Of a stretch of 64,000 nt of DNA, positions 14,624 to 26,600 are shown in pieces. The DNA lies in NCBI GenBank assembly GCA_001938485.1, contig MQRK01230776.1:10558-74557 (forward strand), in the 5' to 3' direction. The notes under the pieces were generated by a model, which was not told the DNA's origin, did not search any database, and saw nothing but the letters and a program-made list of their open reading frames with translations. The first letter of the stretch is position 1; each line of letters starts with the position of its first letter. Source of the DNA: Girardia tigrina. Taxonomy: Eukaryota. The translations under genes were made by a program, and so were the position numbers.

Positions 14624-15657
14624 TAGGGCCACTTTTTTTCGCGTTCACGAAAAAACACCACTAAATCACGAAAAAATACGAAAAAGCATAACAAACATGA
14701 ACAGTTGCTAAAAATGAATGAATTGTGAAATTGAAATGAAATTTTTACTTAATTATCAAACAATAACTTTTATTTGATAAATATAAATAAAAGTTAAATA
14801 AAAGCCATAGTTAATTTTCTAATTTGCACAAGTAAATGAAATGATCTTAAAATTACACGAATAAACAAAATAAATAATTTTTGTTAAAGTGATTGTCGTT
14901 ATTGGCTAGTACAAATATAGCAACAACGCAGCGTGTTGTCGAGAGATTATATGAGGAAAGAAGTGTCTATAGGGTCAGCAATAAGTCAGTAAGCCACATT
15001 CGCTGTAATTCAATAAAAAAACACTTTGAAGGGAAGAAGCAAGAGGATATTGCTGAATTGAGAATAAGATGCTCTACGACTTTAGAAATTTATTCGAACC
15101 ACTCAAAAAGTAGACATCAATCTCTGGTTATTTTCAGCCACATGGTGATGCAAAGATGCATCGATATAATATCTGCATAGTGGTGACGAAGAATTTTTTG
15201 TCTGCAACATCCCACTGGAAAAACTGGACAATCTATTAATCGATTCCGGCATACTTATTTGCCAAACCTGGCAACTGAGGAGCATGATCGGATCACAAAA
15301 ACTGTTTCGGTCGATTTCTAGCAGTTGGTGTAGGCGTAACTACAGACCTTATGAGCCACTCAGTTATTCATGTTATGTTTTATCCATTTGAACATGAAAT
15401 GGCACATAATGACCCAGTTAAGTGGCGTAACACTTATTAATGTTGATAAGTTATTTAAATCTTTTTAAATGATTATACTGTATAAAATTATTTTAAAATG
15501 AAATTTCAATAAACCTTTTTCAGTGTTACTCATTGTAGTTGTTAAGTTATAATAATTAGTCTCTTTAAGTATATATTTAAATAGAGGCATTATCGCGAAA
15601 TTTGACATTCGTGGATCGCGAAAATTGTATTTTTGGTTGCTAAAAACAGTGACCCTG
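14624..15657 (+). mobile_element. hAT deletion derivative with CGGBP1-type zf-BED transposase N-terminus
   Basis: TIRs TAGGGCCACTTTTT / AAAACAGTGACCCTG; perfect 8-bp TSD CTTATTAT (14616-14623, 15658-15665); decayed peptides ...LYEERSVYRVSNKSVSHIRCNSIKKHFEGKK and FFVCNIPLEKLDN. Confidence 0.85.
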
Positions 15658-16399
15658 CTTATTATTTTATTAATAAAAATATCATTTATTTAACATTTGA
15701 ATCGCTTTTATTTAATTTTTTGTTTCTTCAAAAACTTTTATTGCATTGTTTTATTTTCATTTGAATTATTTGTTTTGCAAATATTTATTTGCTCGAATTT
15801 ATTTTTGAACTAAGTTTCAAATATGCCGCACGATATTTATAAAAACTTTCTTTTTTTAGTTATTTGTTTTTACTTTTTTTCAATTTAATTTTCTAAATTA
15901 TTTATTTAATTTTATGATGAAAATTTATTAAATTTTTTAAACATTTTTTAATCTTTTTCATTTACATGAATTATGTTTGTATAATATTTACGAGAATTTA
16001 TAGAAATATTATTATTTAAAAAATAATATATTTTTATTATAAAATTGAATTTTATGGAAATGTAATTTCTTTTTAAATATATGTCGAAAATAATTGCGGT
16101 TTTCGTGATTCATCTATTTAATCTTATTTTTTAAACAAGTTTCTAAAAAAATATTTTATTGTTATCAATTTTAATAGCAAAATGAGAATCTTGAAGAGAA
16201 AGAGGGTTTTGAATAGACTTCAAATAACTAATTAATAGCCTTTTGACTGCTTAGAAAATAATTAAGAAATTAAAAAATTGAAATTAGGAAATGAATAATA
16301 TTATCATGAGGACCATAAATAAAAAAATGATTTAATTTTTTAAAAAGTTTTCATTTAATAATCTTTAATACGTATGTATTAAAGCTTCAATTCCTAAAA

Positions 16400-16700
16400 C
16401 AGCGCATTTTATTCGAACACAATTTTATTCCAACTTGTGAAACCATGGATTGCTACTGTAGCATGTGAGAGGTCGTATATTTTTCAACAAGACTCATAAC
16501 CATCTAATATAGCGAGAACAACTAAGAATGTATGGCTGAGAATTTTCATGACCATGTCACACCTAATGTTTGGATCCCCAGCTAACCAGATGTTAATACA
16601 CTGAATTTATATGTGGGACGTAGTTGAGAGGTATTCCAATATTCATCTCCGCAATACTCTTTTAGCTCTCAGACTTGCTGTAGTGGCTGCAATATATATT
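16400..16700 (+). mobile_element. Mariner/maT transposase remnant
   Basis: RSYIFQQDS*, ENFHDHVTPNVW-like and MWDVVER-like fragments across frameshifts. Confidence 0.65.
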
Positions 16701-16857
16701 TTTTGGAGATTCTTATTTCCTTTATTATTTAATCTACTTACAATCTAATAATTTGTGCTAGTGAAAGAATAGAAAGATTATAATTATTCAAATATTATAT
16801 TATTTAATATTAGGAAAATATTTTATCTTGGAAGTTTTGAATTTGGTGAGTATTGTA

Positions 16858-17097
16858 GGGGAGACTCGGTTTTCTCCGTGACATGGCTAAATTCATGATA
16901 GCTTAAGTAAAACTAATGCAAAATGTAAAAAAATTGCAAAGTGTGTAATGGTAGATTTGAAGATGATCTATCTGGAGAGGAGTGGATACAATGTAATATT
17001 TGCAAAGGATGGTTTCACAATGTGTGTGCTAACTTGGACGAAAATATGAAAAAATCAAAATTATCTCTTAATATCACGAAATTAGCCGAGTCTCCCC
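16858..17097 (+). mobile_element. 240-bp pogo-like miniature element carrying a PHD-finger remnant
   Basis: TIRs GGGGAGACTCGG / CCGAGTCTCCCC with TA flanks; internal CKVCNGRFEDDLSGEEWIQCNICKGWFHNVCANL. Confidence 0.85.
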
Positions 17098-18349
17098 TAT
17101 ATGATGATTCATATTAATTCATAGTATATTATTTGTTAGGAATTTTTAGAAAATGTTTTTAAAATTTTTGCAATAATTTTTGAATTAAAAGTATAATTTT
17201 AAATTAAAAAAATTCAAGAACTAAATAAAGTTTATGTTACGGATAATAAAAAGAAAATGAAATTATTTAGGCGTCGGAATTTTTAAAAAAGTAAAATGAA
17301 TTATTAATACTATATTTATTTTTATTATACCGGTTTGAGATTTATAAAACAAATAGTTTCTCTGAATTAAAAAAACAAAAATGTATTTATTTTCGATTAT
17401 TTTGTTTAAATAAAGAGTGTGAGATAAATTCATATTTGTAAATAATACATGTAAATAGCTTATAATAAAATTTAATTAAACATGGTTCAAAAATATTCAT
17501 ATATTTTAACTCTCCTATTTTAGAAATGCGATTTTTAAACAGACAAAATTTTGTTTAAATATTTGAGAAATTGCGAGAAAATTAAAAATATTGTGTGTTA
17601 ATAAATTTTACTGAAAGTGATGTTTAATATTATCTTATAAAGAGTATTAGTACATTTTTTGAATTAATACAAGCTTGAAAACTGATGTCATCTTTTAATA
17701 TCGATAACGTGGAAGATGTTCCAAACACCTCTAACATTATTCACAATAAAATAAAAATTTATTTGGAAAGAATTTTAACAAATTTCTTTCTAAACATTCT
17801 TGCTCTAATAAATTTCCGCTTCACGATCTTCATCTGAAGCAATGTCTCAATTATTTTGGTTTGTTTGAATTTTATTTTACCGAATAAATTTGGGTGAATA
17901 AATTCATTTTTTATTAAATACGTTAAGAATTGTTATTAATATTATTTTTATTTATTATTTATTTTTTTGTACAATATATATTTTATTAAATAAAATATCG
18001 AATTTTTGTCGATATTTTTTTATAAAAGAACATATATATTTTTTATTTATGTTTCACTTGAAATGAATAAGTGTTTTCCTGTCACAGTTAAAACAAAATA
18101 ATGATGACTGCTTAGTAATGCATTCTATGTTTAGTTTTAATATAATAATATTTATACAATTTAGAATAATTCAGAATTTTATGTTTTATATAATTTTTAA
18201 TTTTATTTTTTCGATAAAATTCAGATTTTCATAATTTAAAACGTCTTTTTCTTCAATTTTATTTATTTCAATTATTTTTGTATTTGTTTCCTATCATGAT
18301 TAATTTGAATAGACTAAAAATAATATCGGGTGATTAAACAAGCTATCAC

Positions 18350-19620
18350 AACATAAATGGAAGGGATTAATTTCACGACCGGGGTCTGTCTTTTCAATAG
18401 AACAAATGATTTCCATTCAAGGATCGCATTTTCGAAGTGGAAGTACAAATGTGTTAAATCTTTAAAACCACGACAATACCGATGGTACGGGAATGGCGTG
18501 CATTTGACCTCTATCTTTTGGTTGCAAGTACGGGCCACATGGATTGTTAAACGATAAAGAAAGAGCTGCTTGTTGCATATGATCAAAACAAGGAGAAAGT
18601 CATACACCAGTTTCCAATACGGGCCATAAAACATTAGAAATGAATCAAAGAATTTTTTTCGGCACTGAGGCGGCAGGCAAAGATCTGTTGCCCTTTCAGG
18701 AATCTCAAAAATCGCTTTTTATACAACTTTTATAGCAGACTACGTAACTGAACATATTGCGTCTAAAGACGCAAAATGTAGGATAATACTACAGCAATTG
18801 ATTTCGTTAGTACATGTCGTACTCCATGTCAAATAACCCTTAGCAGCACTTGCAGCAGCAATGGCATTACTGTCCGATAATAACGAGAACAAAAGGCGCT
18901 CAATACAGTGGGTCCTTAAATCCATTATTCGAAAAAAATATTAATATGTTGTTCTTGTAAAAAAAGGACAATTTTAGCGCGATTACAGGGCCTGTTTTGA
19001 TACAGTGGTAAGGAATCCCCACGGTATATGGGAATGGGAAACGATTAGAATATCCCATTGTAGAGCGATTGGGGTTCCTGAAAGGAGCAGTGCATAGAAA
19101 CCACTCCTCGATAATAGATTGAAGGACAGTTTGTGGACAGATTTTGTTCCATAACAATGATTGAAAAGAGATTGATAAAATCGTACCAAGTGAAACGAGT
19201 ATCAAAAGCGTTGCAAACAGTTCTCGGATCAACCAAAGTCGAACATAGCATTTGAATAGGTTAGAGTTGAATTTTAGCCAAGTGAGATGTTGGACTTTAC
19301 TAAGACGAAATTTGAGTGGAATTTAAATTTGGATGATGCTGGAAATGGATGTAATCACACAACTAGAAAGCATTGTTATCAATGGTGTTGGGAATCTGCT
19401 AGCGTTTGATTCCATTCGAGCCAACACGGCCACTCTGTCACAATGGCAGTGAGACTACTGGAATCGGATGCCCAAAGCGGGACTGAATACACATCCAGAT
19501 AACGCATTGGCCTGAAAGTGGACCCCGATTTTAGTGAAATAGCAATGGAAAAAAAACGTTGCACAATACGCACCGAAGAAGCTGCAGAAAGGGACATTCA
19601 AACGTGTACTTATAAAGTCA
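18350..19620 (+). mobile_element. Heavily degenerate Ty3/gypsy gag-protease fragment
   Basis: Gag-like ELLVAYDQNKEKVIHQF...IKEFFSALRRQAKIC; protease-like FVDRFCSITMIEKRLI (cf. ALVDSGCS) and MLEMDVITQLESIVING (cf. ILGMD). Confidence 0.6.
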
Positions 19621-19734
19621 AAATTCTAAAAACCATGGTACAAAGCATCATAATTTGTGATTGTTTAGAGACAAACCGAAACGCACCCATGTACTGAAGA
19701 CTGACACTCTAGCGTCCATAACCGTGTGAAGCTC

Positions 19735-19910
19735 TTGTATTTTTGAGTTTCCTGAAATTACAAGGGATCTTTGCTAGCCGCCTCATTGCCACAAAAAATT
19801 CTTTGATTCATTTCCAATGTTTTATGGCCCGTTTTGGAAACTGGTGTACGGCTTTTTCCGGGTTTTGACCATATGCATCTAGCAGCTCTCTCTTCATTCA
19901 CTGCCATGTG
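19735..19910 (-). mobile_element. Second gag fragment of the same gypsy family, inverted
   Basis: Reverse complement aligns to 18540-18715 at roughly 80-85% by eye; ELLDAYGQNPEKAVHQF...IKEFFVAMRRLAKI. Confidence 0.65.
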
Positions 19911-20313
19911 CGCCAATGCTGACTATCGTTATTTACTATGCATACAAAGTTATCGATCACAGTGGGACATACTTAATATATTATCAAGCTTAATATACTT
20001 CACATTTAAATATAGTTAATTGAAAGAGTTAAACTCTGTAGCGTATAAATAGCAATGAACCACAATTAGCAAGTTTATAAACTGGTTCAGTCTCATTTTT
20101 ATCTAATAAATTTATTGTTTGTTCTAACAATTTCTATTTTAAATTTTGGTGAGAAGAAACTTGACTTTAACTTACTAAATTCAATTGAATTACAATTATA
20201 AATAGTACTTTAATCTTTAATCAAATTTACTATATTTGTTATATATATATATATATATATATAAAAAGAGTTCATATAAAATGTATCACGAAGTAATTAC
20301 TTCTATCATTTAG

Positions 20314-20695
20314 ATGTACAATGTCTACGCTCGGTCTACGTACAAGTCATCTATTTCAAGAGATAGTAATACTGATTTAGGTACGTCTCGTAACAAAAAA
20401 GATTGTCAGCTAAGTCAAACTGAACTGATAAATCAGGAAAGAAATTGTCATTCTCCAATGAAACGATCTTCAAGATCTCCAAGACAATCTCCAAGATCAA
20501 GTAAGGGAGAAAAATTTCCCCGGTCTGTAACTCAGTATGAATTTGGGTCAACGAGTTTGAGAGAGAAACTTTATAAAGATATTGAGCATGAGAAACGTCT
20601 GAAGAAGCGTAGACTTCGTCTAATAGCTTCAACTGAAGACGCCTTCAGTAGACTTAAACGAATTACAGATTCTCAAGAAGACAAGAACTTAAATG
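20314..20695 (+). CDS. vangl: Vang-like (Van Gogh/Strabismus) protein, penultimate coding exon
   Basis: Acceptor tttag|ATG at 20313, donor GT at 20696; LYKDIEHEKRLKKRRLRLIASTEDAFSRLKRI matches Vangl [32 protein letters not shown]. Confidence 0.9.
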
Positions 20696-20744
20696 GTATC
20701 GTCTTATTTTCCAGTATATTTTAAGTAAATTAATTATTACTTAG

Positions 20745-21172
20745 ATAACTCAGTAAAAATTTTAACCAACGTCGAAGCAGCTCAAAATGTTCTCGCCCAA
20801 CTGGCTAAACCTTTTCAAAAATATCTCAGACTAGCTCGTTTGCAGCTTCAGTTTCCAAAATCACGAATACAGAACCACTTAGTAAAGTGTCTTCAGTTTG
20901 GAATGTCGGCGCAGGTTTTCCTAGAAAGTTTTATTTCAACCCCAAAAGTAATGGAGGCATCAGAATGCATAAATGGTCAGATTTGGTCAATTTACTGCAA
21001 AATAATGTTGTGTCGGGGTTTGTCAAATAAACTGACCTTTATGCTTAAGAGGGAAAATGTGTCCTTAATGTGTACGGTTTATCATATACCAATGTTCTCT
21101 TTGACTGAAGACACTTTCAAGCACGACTCTCAAAAGTTTCTCATCAAATTCAATTCGGAAACGTCTGTTTGA
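20745..21172 (+). CDS. vangl: Vang-like protein, terminal coding exon
   Basis: 49-bp GT-AG phase-1 intron (20696-20744) restores frame; EAAQNVLAQLAKPFQKYLR (cf. EAAQAIFASMARAMQKYLR) ... KFLIKFNSETSV* with PDZ-binding ETSV; upstream TM exons not found in window. Confidence 0.92.
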
Positions 21173-21226
21173 GATAATTTGTAAGAATGTCAATTGGATT
21201 GCATTATGTCGTAAAATATTTCCACA

Positions 21227-21232
21227 AATAAA
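21227..21232 (+). terminator. Candidate polyadenylation signal of the Vang-like gene
   Basis: AATAAA 55 bp after the stop codon, followed by T/GT-rich sequence; AT-rich background lowers specificity. Confidence 0.45.
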
Positions 21233-21289
21233 GATTTGTTATTCATTTGTCTTAAATTATTTCCTTTTTCTTTACAATTTTAATATTAT

Positions 21290-21947
21290 TGTTGGGTATT
21301 AAAATCTTTAATCTAAAATATTTACTTTTTAAAACACAAATCTTTATTTTTTAATCTTTAATCTGACTCCAATTAATCAGTAAGGACTTCCAACATAAAT
21401 ATATAAACAATGAACACAAATTCTTTTATGAAACTTTATTTCAAATAACAAAAATTAACAAGTCAAAATAATAATAATAATTCAATTCTTGATGACAGAA
21501 CACAAACACAAATCAATACTTCGTACGTGTTAACAGATTACAGCAAAAACTGTGAATCTCCAAAACGAACGATAGTTTAGATTTAAATTAAATCTTTTTC
21601 TCCCAAACGGGATACTTATGGTTTGAAAAAAAAGAATATTTTAAAAAGAATAATAAATAAAAAATAATTCTATATAACGAGTTTACATGCTTCCTTGGTT
21701 TTTTTTGTTGAGAGAATTTTTTGGGCAACCTAAACTAAATTTGCTGCTTTTTATATAGTAATTTTCATCAGCCTTGAAAATTGATAAAATAAAACAAAGA
21801 TTAAAATATTTTTAATTTTAAATTCCAAATTTTGTTAAAATGAATATTATTTTGTTTGAAATTAATAATTTCACCAAATTTATTTTAAATTTTTTCTACA
21901 TAAAATTTTATCAAAAGTGTTCATATGTATTTTTCGAAACCCCAATA
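21290..21947 (-). mobile_element. Solo LTR (family A, complete copy)
   Basis: Termini TGTTGGG...CCCAATA, 4-bp TSD TTAT on both sides, TATA-like CTATATAAAAAG on the minus strand; two further copies in window. Confidence 0.75.
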
Positions 21948-22109
21948 TTATTTAGATTAAATAATTAAAAAAAAGATAATTTTCTGCTGATGTACGATAC
22001 TTAATATTATTTGTTATGTACAGAATGTATTAGTAAGATAGAGAACATTTAGGTGTATTGCACAGACAGAAGCTTGGTTAGTATTTCAAGAGATAAATTG
22101 CATTGTAAA

Positions 22110-22760
22110 CGTTGTGTTATTTTATATTTGATAATCTCGAAGAAGAGAATCAAAGTGTTCACTTTCGCAAGGTAATGTTTTAAGAATTTTAACAAGGCAA
22201 CGACACTTCAAAACAGGCAATAATATGCAGTGAGTCCTCTGTAAAGCGAAAGAGTATCAATCGTTGTAACTGATCGAAAATTGGTTTCTAGAATTTCTTT
22301 CTGAAAGACAAACCAAGAATGTTTATCGTACTGACTTCAATAGTGACATTTTAAAGACACAATTGAATCAAAATTCATGTCAAACGACAAGAGAAAAGCA
22401 TAGAAGCTAAATTAGTTAAACTTAACTGTTTGTTCCTCCGTAGAGAATTGTAAAAAGTCAGGAAACAAGGAATGTAGTCACTCTAATATCTCAATAAACG
22501 CAACAAAATTGATGGAAAGAAAATTGTCACTTGTATCCTCTGATGAGAGAAAACTAAACAATTTTTGACAGGATTATTACAGACTACAAAATATGAATCG
22601 CTTATAAAAGAAATCATCCATAGAAGACAGTGGTTCGACCAGAATAAACTACCCTAACACTTACAGAAAGAAATTTTGCTGTATTTTTGGTAGGATAGCA
22701 AAGGAATCCTTTACTATGAGTTCTTAAATTAGAACGAAACAGTTACTGCAGATGCGTATG
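22110..22760 (+). mobile_element. Mariner (DD34D-type) transposase N-terminal remnant
   Basis: TDFNSDILKTQLNQNSCQTTRE, FDRIIT, ILLYFW*DSKGILYYEFLN*NETVTADAY. Confidence 0.7.
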
Positions 22761-23558
22761 TTCATCAGATACAAAGAGTTCAAACATATTACTACTTTAC
22801 AGCCGGGTAAGAAGATAACCTTAAGGTTAGATTTTCCTGGTCTGCTTCCTGCTTGGACTTTCATACACATAACCACCATAATTCCATCTAAAAGACTTCC
22901 ATTAATTCCAAAATACCTCCGACTTCACTCAATCATTTTATCAAGCTATCGTTCGAAAAATCGTTCCAACTCAATTTTCAATTTGAACAACAGTGCGACC
23001 TTAGATTTTAGACACTAACCTTTTTACCTGGTAAGTATATTTTTCAATTTTTTGGCCGTACTTCGAGCGTCTAGCCAATCCAAAGAAATTGTTTAACACT
23101 CTGAAAACTTACTAATACGAACTTTGCTTCTTCTTATCCAGCTCCATGTTAACAGCAATTCCTCTAACAAAAACAAAAGATAAAGAACCGCGTCGGTAAA
23201 CCTTTGGATTTTCATAATAATGGCATTTATTTATTGTGACTTTATTCAAATTTCCATTGCAGTCGAATTTCTCTAAGTGATCTAAAATAAATTTAATGTT
23301 CTGCATTTCGTGTATGCCCGGATAGATTGTCATCCAACAGAGAACAAAATCGATGCTGAAAATATGTATTAAATCAAAATTGCACCTGCTCTGAGTTTTT
23401 GTTTAAACAAAAAACATAAATAATTCTATTCCCAACGTTAGTTTTTTTTAAGAATTGATGTTTATAATGTTGAATTGTTTATTGCTGATTTGTTTAGCTT
23501 ACTTTTTTATATATGTAAATATTATAAAAAGACAAAGAATATAAAAAATAAATAAAAG

Positions 23559-23645
23559 AGTTATGATATTAAATTTAATTTGTTTTAATAATATATAATT
23601 TTATAACTGAACGTGTTTTTGATGTATAATAAACCTATCGTAACT
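23559..23645 (+). repeat. 5' LTR (87 bp, AGTTA...TAACT)
   Basis: Direct repeat of 27946-28032 with one mismatch; immediately followed by the PBS. Confidence 0.95.
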
Positions 23646-26600
23646 GGCGACCACGCCGAAAATATTAACGCTGTAACGGGTAGCCAGCAGCGCAATTTAT
23701 TGTTAGCAGTGCTTCCAAAGAAAGCTCAGGAATTGCTGAGTTTTAATCTGAGAAAGTTCGATGGAAGAGACTCACAAGAAGCTGAAAGATGGCTGAAGGA
23801 TATTGAAGAATGGCTGTCCTTGAATGATTTGCCGTTNNNNNNNNNNNNNNNNNNNNNNNNNNNNNNNNNNNNNNNNNNNNNNNNNNNNNNNNNNNNNNNN
23901 NNNNCCTTAACTCAGGACGAAGCACGAGATTGGTTCCGTGAAACATTCACGGTGAAGAAGTCCATTTTGGATAGTTTTGTGGAGCTGGCAAATGTTAAAC
24001 AAGATGAGAAAGAAAAATTCGCGACTTTTGAAATTCGATTAAGGAAATTGCTTAACAATGTTTTTGACTCGGAGCTGAGTCGTGATGAAATATTGAACGA
24101 ATTTTTATCGAAACGGGTAAGAAGTACTGGACTCAGGGACTCGTTGGCGTTAAAGCCGGACATCAAAAGGGAAGACATGAGAATGCTTGCAAAGGTTTAT
24201 GAAAATCGGGAAGCCTCGTTGACAAGGCGAAAATCGAAGTCAATGGAATTCAAAATAGAAGATACATCAATCAGAACAAACCCCAAAATTATGCACAAGC
24301 TGTGAAATCGTTTCCGAAGATACAATCCCAACACAATCNNNNNNNNNNNNNNNNNNGATGTGATGAAAGTAATGGATTTGAAAATACCGATTATTTCAAA
24401 AAGTCTAATCAAACAAAACCAATTGATTCGGAATATCGTCAGACATCTCTGAAACAACAGCCTTCGGTATCGCTGAAGCAAATCGCTCGAAGACTTTATA
24501 ATAAATGCCTCCGCCGCACGATGAACGGTTGCAACCGGGACAGTGTTTTTGTTGTGGTGAAAACGATCACAGATGATTTCAATGTCCCCTTAAGGACAAA
24601 TGTTTAATATGTTGAAAACCGGGTCACTGTTTCAAGGAATGTAATCTGTTACGAAACGCGAATTTTGAGAAACCCAAATCGATATTATGCGTTTACGACG
24701 AACANNNNNNNNNNNNNNNNNNNNNNNNNNNNNNNNNNNNNNNNNNNNNNNNNNNNNNNNNNNNNNNNNNNNNNNNNNNNNNNNNNNNNNNNNNNNNNNN
24801 NNNNNNNNNNNNNNNNNNNNNNNNNNNNNAAATGTGAAAGAACTTGAAGTGATGCGAAGGACAAATGATGGTAGACTGTGGAGTATGATGGAGATATGTG
24901 GAATTCAACTGGAGATGTTATGGGATTCTGGAGCTTCGGTCACCGTTATGAGCGAAGATTATTGGGGGAAGATTGGAGAACCCACATTGTCAGATTCTGA
25001 AGTTAGATTAAGAGGGGTATTCTCGACGGGAACGGAGTCACCCATGGGTACCGCTGTATTGAAGGTACAATGGAATAGTAAAGTAAGAGATATCAAAGTG
25101 ATTTTTGTGAGAAAAATACACACTCAGTTTATTGGGGGTGTTGACACAATGCAATTATTTGGAGTTNNNNNNNNNNNNNNNNNNNNNNNNNNNNNNNNNN
25201 NNNNNNNNNNNNNNNNGTGAAAAACACCTACACAGATGACGAGCGGACGAAAATAGCATTAGACCGATACAAGAATCACAAACAAAAGACACTTGAATTT
25301 CTTGTCAAGGAATTTGGGAATATATTTATGGCATCGAAGTTCGATTTGGAACATACTCGGAAGGTCCAACATCACATCGTCACAAGAGGAGGGCCAATTA
25401 GTCAACATCCCCGCCGGCAATCAATGCATCTAGAAAGTAAGATCGATGAAATGATTCAGAATCTATTGCAGTCAAAGATTATACAGCCTTGTAAAAGTCC
25501 ATGGAACTCCCCGCTCGTTATTGTGGCGAAGAAAGACGGTACGATAAGAATGTGCGTTGATTATCGCCAATTGAATGCCGTTACAAATAGTGTATCTTTT
25601 CCGATGCCAGATACACATCATTTATTAGATTGCTTGGCTGAGGCTTGCTGGTTTTCTTCGATAGATTTGGGTCAAGCGTATTATCAAGTTGAGTTAACCG
25701 TGGAATCTAGGTTATGTACAGCATTCAGCACTAAACGGGGACAATTTTGTTTTAATCGCATGCCTTTTGGGCTATCTACAGCACCGGCGACTTTTCAGCG
25801 GTTGATGCATAATTTATTGGAAGGTATGATTTTAAGGGCGTTCTCGTGTATTTAGACGACATATTGGTATACGCAAAAACATTAGAAGAGCACGATTGTA
25901 TTCTGAGGGAAGTATTCCAACGATTGAGCTTGTGGGGACTGAAAATTAATCCCGAAAAACGTCAGTTCCACCAGAGGGAATTAGTATTTCTGGGTCATAC
26001 TGTGAATCCAGACGGTATCCGAACAAACAACGCGAAAATTAAGGAAATTGAGGAGGCGACTGAACCACAGTGTTCGACACAATTAAAGTCTTTTCTTGGT
26101 CTTACAAATTATTATCGTCGATTCATAAAGGATTATGCCAAGATAGCAATTCCACTCCATGCGGCAATTTCGGGATGTGACAAACAACTACAATGGACAA
26201 AAGAATGCCGAGAAAGTTTCAGGAAATTAAAACTGGCTCTTTGCAATGCTCCGGTTTTGGGCTATCCCAAATTAGATCGTGTTTTCATTTTGGACACCGA
26301 CGCTAGTTTTAGTGCAATCGGTGCAGTGTTGAGCCAACTGATGGAGAACTGGGAAGAGATAGTTATAGCTTATGGCTCCAGACATCTAAACGTACACGAG
26401 AAGGGCTACTGTGTAACGAGAAGGAGCTCTTGGCACCGCATGAATATGTTCTGCATTTTAAACAATACTTGTACGGGAAAAGATTTGTGGCTCGCACGGA
26501 CCATAAGGCCTTAATTTTTATGAACACTACAAAAAAACCAATAAGCCCACAATTCCAGACCTGGCTGGCAAACTTATCAGAATACGATTTCACACTGCAA

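Noticed and set aside
18314-19232. Hydrophobic minus-strand ORFs as Vangl transmembrane exons or a membrane protein
   Set aside because: Wrong strand for Vangl, and they are antisense to recognisable gypsy gag-pro remnants
23837-25216. N runs inside gag/pol as biological gaps
   Set aside because: Assembly gaps or masking; they also create artefactual X-containing ORFs (e.g. 33430, 54647, 61337)
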